Both the position numbers and the translations under genes were made by a program. From an uncultured Gammaproteobacteria bacterium (GTDB taxonomy: Bacteria > Pseudomonadota > Gammaproteobacteria > Steroidobacterales > Steroidobacteraceae), in contig CAWERO010000004.1 in NCBI GenBank assembly GCA_963811485.1, positions 55,232-119,231 on the forward strand: DNA of 64,000 nt, given 5' to 3'. Under the pieces are notes generated by a model, which saw only the letters and a program-made list of their open reading frames with translations, was not told the DNA's origin and ran no database searches. Positions 57,190 to 64,000 of the stretch are shown here, one piece after another. Every line of letters starts with the position of its first letter. The stretch's first letter is position 1.

Positions 57190-58338
57190 CTAGGATTGCA
57201 GCACGATCGCTGCGTTGGCGTTCCAGCTCACGAAGACTTCGTCGCTCCAGTCGATCGACCACTCCGAAGTGCGCTGTTCGTTCTTGCCCAGCACCGTCAG
57301 CATCTTGCCCGTAGGCGTGCGGATCCGGTAGGTCGAGCGGTTGCCCAGGTAGCCGAGCTCGGCGACGACGCCCTTCAGGCGGTTGAGTCGCTCGCCGGTC
57401 GGCGGCTCCTTGCTGAGGCGGATCTTCTCCGGCCGCAGCGCCACCCAGACCTGCTGGCCGACGGCTGACCTGCGCCGCGATCGTCGACCAGCAGCTCGGC
57501 GCCCGCCTCCGGGCTGTGCACGCGGATCTGACCCGGCTCGACCCCGGTCACGGTGCCTTCGAAGAAATTCGTGGTGCCGATGAAATCGGCGATGAAGCGG
57601 CTCTGCGGGAATTCGTAGATCTCGGCCGGCGTGCCCACCTGGATGACCTTGCCGTGGTCCATCACCGCGATGCGGGTGGCGAGCGCCATGGCCTCGTCCT
57701 GGTCGTGCGTCACGAAGATGAAGGTGATGCCGACCTTGTACTGGATGTTCATCAGCTCGAACTGCGTCTGCTCGCGCAGCTTCTTGTCGAGCGCGCTCAG
57801 CGGCTCGTCGAGCAGCAGCACCTTGGGGCGACGGATCAGCGCGCGCGCCAGCGCCACGCGCTGGCGCTGCCCGCCGGAGAGCTGGTGCGGCTTGCGCTGC
57901 GCCAGCGCGCCCAGCTGCACCATGTCGAGCGCCGCCTGGATGCGCTGCGCTGCGCACGGCCGGCTCCAGCGGCATGCGCCGCAGGCCGTAGCCGACGTTG
58001 CTCTCGACCGTCATGTGCGGGAACAGCGCGTAGGACTGGAACATCATGTTGACGGGGCGCTGGTGCGGCGGCACCTCGTTCATCACGGCGCCATCGATGG
58101 TGATCTGGCCGGCGGTCGGCTGCGTGAAGCCCGCCAGCATGCGCAGCAGCGTGGTCTTGCCGCAGCCCGACGCTCCCACCAGCGCGAACATCTCGCCCTT
58201 GAAGATGCTCAGGCTCACGTTGTCGACGGCCGTCACACCAGGATAGGTCTTGCAGACGCCGTCGATGACGACCTGCGGCTGCGCGTCGGGATCGAGCCAC
58301 GGGCGATCGGCAAGCTGCTTGGGATCGGGCTGGCCCAA
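57190..58338 (-). pseudogene. potA: polyamine-type ABC transporter ATP-binding protein (PotA/PotG-like); 2 frame breaks
   Basis: Walker A GASGCGKTTLLRMLAG, Q-loop MFQSYALFPH, signature [15 protein letters not shown], Walker [12 protein letters not shown], and a C-terminal TOBE-like part. TTG start directly after the upstream stop. Confidence 0.88.
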
Positions 58339-59530
58339 CTAGAAATCTCCCGGCGGCGTCACGCGCCGTGCGTTCGGGCGCAAAGAAGGGTTTCTCGACC
58401 ACCTGCGCCCGGCACATGCGCCGTTCCCAGACCAGTTCGCGGCTCAGGTATACCTCCGCCCACATGGTCGTCCCCATCGCAAAGTGCGGCGCTTCGACCA
58501 TAGCAAGCGCGATGTTGCGTTTGCAAGTTGGCGACCACATCGCCGAGGTGACGCTGCCGATTTCCGCCTGGCCCTTGCGGTCGGCGTACAGCAAGGCGTT
58601 CACGGCCGGCTTGTTGCCCGCGATGTCCAGGCCTACGAGCTGCCGCTGCAGTCCCTGGCGCTCTTGATCCAGCAGCGACCGCCGGCCCGTGAAGTGACCC
58701 TTGTCGAAATCGACCAGCCAGCCCAGCCCCAGTTCCAGGGGCGAGCGGCTGGTGCCGATGCGCACCGTGCCCTCGGCCGAGATGAAGTCGATATTGGGCA
58801 TCAGGAACCCGGCCTCGATGCGCGCCATGTTGAGCGCGCGCGAACCGATGGCGCGGATGCCGCGGCTCTGGCCGGCGGCCATCAGCGCATCCCAGAGCTG
58901 GTTGGCCTGGAGCGGATCCACCCACAGCTCGTAGCCCAGGTCGCCGGTAAAACCCGTGCGCGAGACCATCAGGCGCATGCCCGCAGCTTCGAAAAAACCG
59001 AACTCGAAGGGCTTCAGGCGCTCGACACCCGCCAGGCCCAGTTTCTTCAGCACGGCGCACGAGGTCGGTCCCTGCAGTGCCAGCGCGGCGATCTGTTCGG
59101 TGACTTCGCTGACCTGTACGTCGAAGCCGATTGCGGAATCGAGGAACCAATCGAGCTGCCGTTCGGCGGTGCACAGCCGGTACTCGTTCTCGCCCAGCCT
59201 GAATACGGTGCCGTCGTCGATGATGTGGCCGGCGTCGTTGCACCAGACGCAGTAGCTGACGCGGTTCACGCGCAGCTTGCTCAGGTCGCGCGTCACCAGC
59301 CGATTCAGGTAGCGGCCGGCATCGGGGCCGGCGATGCGGTACTTGACCATCGGCGTGAGGTCATAGACCGAGCAGGCATTGCGGATGGCGAAATATTCCT
59401 GGCCGGCATTGGTGAACACATCGACCGTGGTGTAGCCGGCCCACGGGACGAAGCTGTCGACCTGGCTGAGTGCGCGGGCCCGCTCGTGGAATGGCGTTGG
59501 CAGCAGCGGCTGCCTGAAGTGCGGAGCCAT
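58339..59530 (-). CDS. aminomethyltransferase (GcvT-fold) family protein (module 2, T2); probable frame break in the last 10 or so codons
   Basis: MAPHFRQPLLPTPFHE.., AIRNACSVYDLTPMVK, LALQGPTS, SRTGFTGDLGYELW, ALNMARIEAG. About 55-60% identical by eye to T1. As sequenced the frame runs on into potA. A 1-nt shift gives ..RRVTPPGDF-TAG, parallel to the T1 end RRRQTPAADC. Confidence 0.8.
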
Positions 59531-59544
59531 ATCGGCGGTATCGC

Positions 59545-61147
59545 TCACGTAGCTGCCTCCCCCGCGATGACTTGCCTGGCGGCATTGCGTCCGGCAATGC
59601 CCATGACTCCCCCGCCCGGGTGGCAACTGGCGCCGCACAGGTAGAACCCCGGCAGTGGCGTACGATGCTGGGTTGCGCCGGGTACCGGGCGCACGGCATA
59701 GAACTGATCGAGCGCCAGGTCCACGTGATGCCAATGTCCGCCGCTGATCCGGAACTCGCGTTCCAGTGTCCGGCGGGGTGAGCAGCTCGTGCTCGCGCAC
59801 CAGCGCACGCAGCCCGGGTGCGTAGCGGTCGAGCTGGTCGATGAGCTGGCGCGCGAAAATCTCGCGCTGCCCTTCCCAGCCGCCAGCGAGCTGGTACGGC
59901 GCATACTGCACGATGGCCGACAGCACGTGCTTGCCGGCAGGCGCCAGGCCCGGATCGCTCAGCGTCGGCAGGGTGATCTCGAGCGCCGGTGCGGCGGAAT
60001 ACTCGCCGTACTTGCTGTGGTTGTAGGCGTGCTCGACATAGTCGAGCGAAGGCGCGATCAGCAGCCGCGCGCCGTGCGCGGCTGCGGGCAGCCCGCTGAA
60101 CTTCGGCAGCCCGTCGAGCGCCAGGTGGAGCTTCGCCGCCAGGCCGCGCGTGCGCAGATGGTGCACGCGGCGCACGAAGGCCGTGTCGAGGTGCTCGCTG
60201 CCGACCAGTCCCAGGAAGGAAGTCCTGCGGGTCAGCGCTGGAAATGACGGCGCCCGCCGCGATCGACTCGCCCGATTGCAGCGTGACGCCGCAGGCACGA
60301 TCATCGGCGACCGTGACCCGCGCCACTGGCGCGGCCAGGCGGATCTGCGCTCCCGCGGCACGCGCGGCGGCCGCCAGCGCGTCGGCTACGGCGCCGAGCC
60401 CACCGACGGGCAGCGCGAGCGCGCGCACGCCGGCCCCATGTTGTGCGGCGAGGCGATACAACAAGGTCATCACCGTACCCGGTGCGCGCGGTCCGAAGTT
60501 CGTGCCGAGTACGGCGTCAAACCCCAGCGCGCCCTGCAGGAGCGGTGAGCGGAAGTGTTCCTGCAGCAGGTCGTAGGCATTCATGCCGACGATGCGCAGC
60601 AGCTCGCGCATGTCGCGCCTGCCCAGCCGGCGGATCCGCCAACCGAGGCGCATGAGGTTCAGCCGGTCGCTCCAGCGATCGGTGCCGAGCCGCGGCGGCA
60701 GCGCTTCCAGCATCGGATTCAGTCACGGCGGCAAAGCGCTGCATCAGCGCCGTGAAGCCGCGCGTAGGCGTCGCGTGTCTTCGCGGCTCGACTGGTCCCT
60801 CGATACTGCCAGGGCCGGAGACCGCCGAGCAGCAGCGCGGCGCCGTCCGGCGCGAGTGCGGCCGTCGGGAGCGATTGCGCCGCCCAGCGCAGGCCGTGCT
60901 GTCTCCAGCGCCAGTTCCTCGATCAGGCGCTGCCGGCATCTGGTGCAGCAGGTGCGCGCCGGCCGATACGCGGAATCCGGGCGCGAACTCGCGCGTGACG
61001 GCTGCTCCGCCCAGGCGTTCCGCCGCTTCGAGCACCAGCACGGAGCGGCCGGCGCGCGCCAGGTAGGCCGCGCAGGCCAGGCCATTGTGACCGCCGCCAA
61101 TGACGATGCAGTCATAGGCCGCACGTGCGTGTAGCCACGGAGTTCAT
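59545..61147 (-). pseudogene. FAD/NAD(P)-binding oxidoreductase, CrtI/amine-oxidase superfamily (module 2, subunit B2); at least 6 frame breaks
   Basis: [163 protein letters not shown] clear paralog of B1. The ATG overlaps the A2 stop (ATGA). Confidence 0.8.
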
Positions 61148-62752
61148 GTCGCCGCCAGCCGCAGGTCGCGCAGCACGGCGCGCGCGGCGTTTGCGCCCGG
61201 CGCTCCCATCACGCCGCCGCCCGGATGCGTGCTCGAGCCGCACAGGTACAAGCCCGCGCAAGCGGCGTGCGGTATTGCGCGTAGCCGGGAATGGGCCGGT
61301 TGAACAGCAGTTGATCGAAGGTCAGTTCGCCCTGGAAGATGTTGCCTTCGGTCAGGCCGACTTCGTTCTCGATATCGAAGGGCGTGCGCACCTCGGCGTG
61401 CAGGATCAGGCTCTTGAAGTCCGGGCTGTGACGCGCGATCGTGTCGATCACGGTGTCGCCGAAGGCCTTGCGCTTGGCTGCGTCCCAGGGGCCGCTGGCG
61501 AGCTGGTAGGGGCAGTACTGCACGAACACCGACATGTAGTGCTTGCCGTCCGGCGCCATGGTCGGATCGATCTGCGACGGAATAAGCATGTCGATGTAGG
61601 GGGCGCGCGACCAGCGCGCCGTCCTTCCAGTCGTCGTAGGCGCGCTCCATCATCTCGATGGTGTCGGTCACGTGCATGTCGCCGCGGGTGCTGGGCGAGC
61701 CGGCCGGAATGGCCGGGAACGTCGGCAGGCCGTCGAGCGCGATGTTGAGCTTGCCCGAGGAACCGCGGATCTTGAAGTTGCGCACCTGGCGCAGGAAGTC
61801 TGCGGGCAGTTCCTTGGCATCGACCGTTTCGAGGAAGGTGCGCTTCACGTCCATGTTGGAGAGCACCAGCCGGGCGTCGATCTCCTCGCCAGTCGGCCAG
61901 CGCCACGCCGACGCTGCGGCCGTTGCGCACCAGGATCCGCTCCACCGGGGCGCCGGCCCGGATGGTCCCGCCGCTCGCCTGGAGCGAGGCCGCCAGCGCC
62001 TGCGTCACTGCCCCCATGCCGCCGCGCGCGAAGCCCCAGGCGCCGACCGTATCGTCGATGTCGCCCATGTAATGATGCAGCAGCACGTAGGCGGTGCCCG
62101 GCGAGCGCGGCCCGAGCGCCGTGCCGATGATCGCGCTGCCGGCCATGTGCGCCTTGACGATCTCGCTTTCGAAGTATTCGTCGAGGAAATCCGCGATGCT
62201 CATGGTCCAGAAGCGCAGCGTGTCGTACATGCGCGCCTCGCCGAGGCGGTGGAAGTGCCCGCCCAGGTACAGCAGTTCGCGGATGTCGCGCGGCTTGAAC
62301 GAAGTCGGGTCCGGCGGCTCGCGCATCAGCAGCGGCTTGATGAACTTGCACTGGCGGATCATGTCGCGCGCGAAACGGTCGTAGGCCTCGGCGTCGCGCT
62401 TCGAGTGACGCGCGATTTCGCGGCGCAGCGCGTCGTGGTTGTCGTACAGCGCCAGATGCCCGCCATCGTGCATCATCGTGCAGCCGCCGTCGTAGGGAAT
62501 GATCTGCAGGCCGTAGCGCGGCAGCTCGAGCGTGCGCATGATCTCGGGCCGCAGCAGGCTGCACACGTACGAGCAGTTCGAGTAGGTGAAGTCCTGGTAC
62601 AGCTGGCGGCTGACCGCCGCGCCGCCGATGTAGGCATTGCGCTCGAGCACCTGCACCTTGAGCCCGGCGCGCGCCAGATAGCAGGCCGCCACCAGGCCGT
62701 TGTGCCCGGCGCCGATGACGATGGCATCGTACTGCTCGCGCTCGCGGGCCAT
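61144..62752 (-). pseudogene. FAD/NAD(P)-binding oxidoreductase, CrtI/amine-oxidase superfamily (module 2, subunit A2); 3 frame breaks
   Basis: [148 protein letters not shown]. About 65% identical by eye to A1. Confidence 0.8.
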
Positions 62753-62770
62753 GCGCCGGCTGCCGGACGT

Positions 62771-64000
62771 TCAGACTGTGCTGCTGCGCGCCGTAAGTGC
62801 GTTCGGTCACCTCGCGCGCACCGTTCAGCGTCACGTCGACGGCCTTCTCGAAGGCCGTCAGCGTGTCGGCTAGGCAGGAGTCGTCGTGCGCCGCGCTGAT
62901 GAACCAGGGTTCGCGCGAATCCGGCTCGCACAGGATCAGCTCGTCGTGCAGCACCCGCGCCATCGCGTCGTAGAAGGAATAGTCGCTGCCCTTCCAGTCG
63001 CGATAGTTGCGCGGCGGCTCCTGCGCGAAATACAGGCCGCTCATCGACGGATGGCCGACGAAGCTGTGCGGGATGCCGCGCGCGCCGAGCACCGCGTGCA
63101 TGCCGGCGCGCAGGCGCGTGCCGTAGTCGGCGATGCGCTCGAGCGCGTCGGTCTCGTCGAGGATCTCCAGGCACTTCTCCGCCGCGGCCATCGACACCGA
63201 GTGCGCCGTGTAGGTGCCGCCGTGCGCGACGCCCTTGCCGAGCTTGCGCATGATGTCCTCGCGCCCGGCCAGCACCGAGATCGGATAGCCGTTGGCGACC
63301 GCCTTGGCGAAGGTGCACAGGTCGGCCTTGACGCCGTAGAGCTCCTGCACGCCGCCGCGCGCCACGCGGAAGCCGGTCTTCACCTCATCGATGAGCAGCA
63401 CCGTGCCGTACTTGTCGCACAGGCTGCGCGCCGCGCGCAGGTATTCGGGCTCGGCGGCGATGCCCAGGCAGTTGCCCATGATCGGCTCGATCAGCATGCA
63501 GGCGATGCGCCCGGCCGTGCGCTTGAACACGTCCTCGAGCTGGTTGGCATCGTTCGCCTGCACGAAGTGCGCGAAGCCGCGCAGCCCGACCGGAATGCCC
63601 TCGCTGTAGGGCTGTATCTGCGGATCGCCGACCTGGCTCCACTTCTCCATCGGCGTGTACCACATGGCCGCGTCGAACAGGCCGTGGTAGCCGCCCTCGA
63701 GGATGATGTAGTCGTCCCGGCCGGTGTAGGCGCGCGCCAGGCGCAGGCCCGCCATGACCGCCTCGGTGCCGGAATTGGAAAAGCGCACCAGTTCGGCCGC
63801 CGGCACCATCTTGGGGATGCGCTCGGCGACCTGGTATTCGCGCTCGGTCGACAGCGCGAACACGCCGCCGACCTCCATGCCTTCGCGGGCCGCCGCGTCG
63901 ACGCGCGGATCGGCGTAGCCGAGGATCGCCGGGCCGTAGCCCAGGCGATAGTCGACGTAGACGTTGTCGTCGATGTCGGTGACGCGCGCGCCGCGCCCGT
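62771..64000 (-). CDS. class-III aminotransferase (glutamate-1-semialdehyde aminomutase-like); 5' end outside the window, 3' end uncertain
   Basis: ..VTDIDDNVYVDYRLGYGPAILGYADPRVD.., FSNSGTEAVMAGLRLAR, LLIDEVKTGFRVARGG, CTFAKAVANGYPIS, GGTYTAHSVS. As sequenced there is no stop until 61845, well inside A2. A TGA at 62771-62773 becomes in-frame after a 1-nt shift. Confidence 0.75.

Noticed and set aside
57836-60361. 841-aa ORF that looks like a fusion of an oxidoreductase C-terminus, a GcvT-like protein and extra sequence.
   Set aside because: It is a read-through artefact. It joins an out-of-frame piece of B2, all of T2 (which has its own ATG at 59530) and an out-of-frame passage through potA, because the T2 stop is lost by a probable 1-nt indel.

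Overview
GC-rich (by eye about two-thirds G+C) proteobacterial chromosome segment. The gene order gyrA-serC-serA-pheA-hisC-aroA-cmk-rpsA-ihfB resembles Pseudomonas/Xanthomonas-type Gammaproteobacteria, but the taxon cannot be proven from this window. I found no rRNA, tRNA, CRISPR array, transposase or integrase.

The window splits into three sectors.

(1) 1-19.6 kb:
- the start of a TonB-dependent receptor;
- a leucine/isovalerate (liu-type) cluster: acyl-CoA dehydrogenase, flavin reductase, methylcrotonyl-CoA carboxylase alpha and beta, and a divergent isovaleryl-CoA dehydrogenase;
- a GntR regulator followed by a compact four-gene module: two CrtI/amine-oxidase-like flavoproteins, a GcvT-like folate protein and a class-III aminotransferase;
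- a convergent operon: aldehyde dehydrogenase, GabT-like aminotransferase and a secreted TolB-propeller/PHP hydrolase.

(2) 19.6-45.4 kb, housekeeping genes: motAB, galU, comEA-like, APC permease, ihfB-rpsA-cmk-aroA-hisC-pheA-serA-serC-gyrA, ubiG-gph-rmuC-SDR, rluB-like-scpB-scpA-trpS-yciO-like, yciB-bolA-PPIase.

(3) 45.4-64 kb, an amine/amide-utilisation-looking island:
- a TetR regulator fused to a degenerate Rieske-oxygenase-like domain;
- potB/potC-like permeases and a potF-like binding protein;
- two secreted hydrolases;
- a >10 kb minus-strand operon: class-III aminotransferase, a second paralogous copy of the flavoprotein-flavoprotein-GcvT module, potA, a TonB-dependent receptor and a Rieske oxygenase.

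Major caveat: about half of the genes change reading frame one to many times as sequenced, and these include essential genes (rpsA, gyrA, aroA, hisC, serC). The breaks occur in patches separated by multi-kb intact stretches. I read them as single-base indel errors in the assembly rather than real pseudogenes. They are typed 'pseudogene' below only because the frame is broken as given. Coordinates of broken genes are outer boundaries (start codon to the stop in the final frame).
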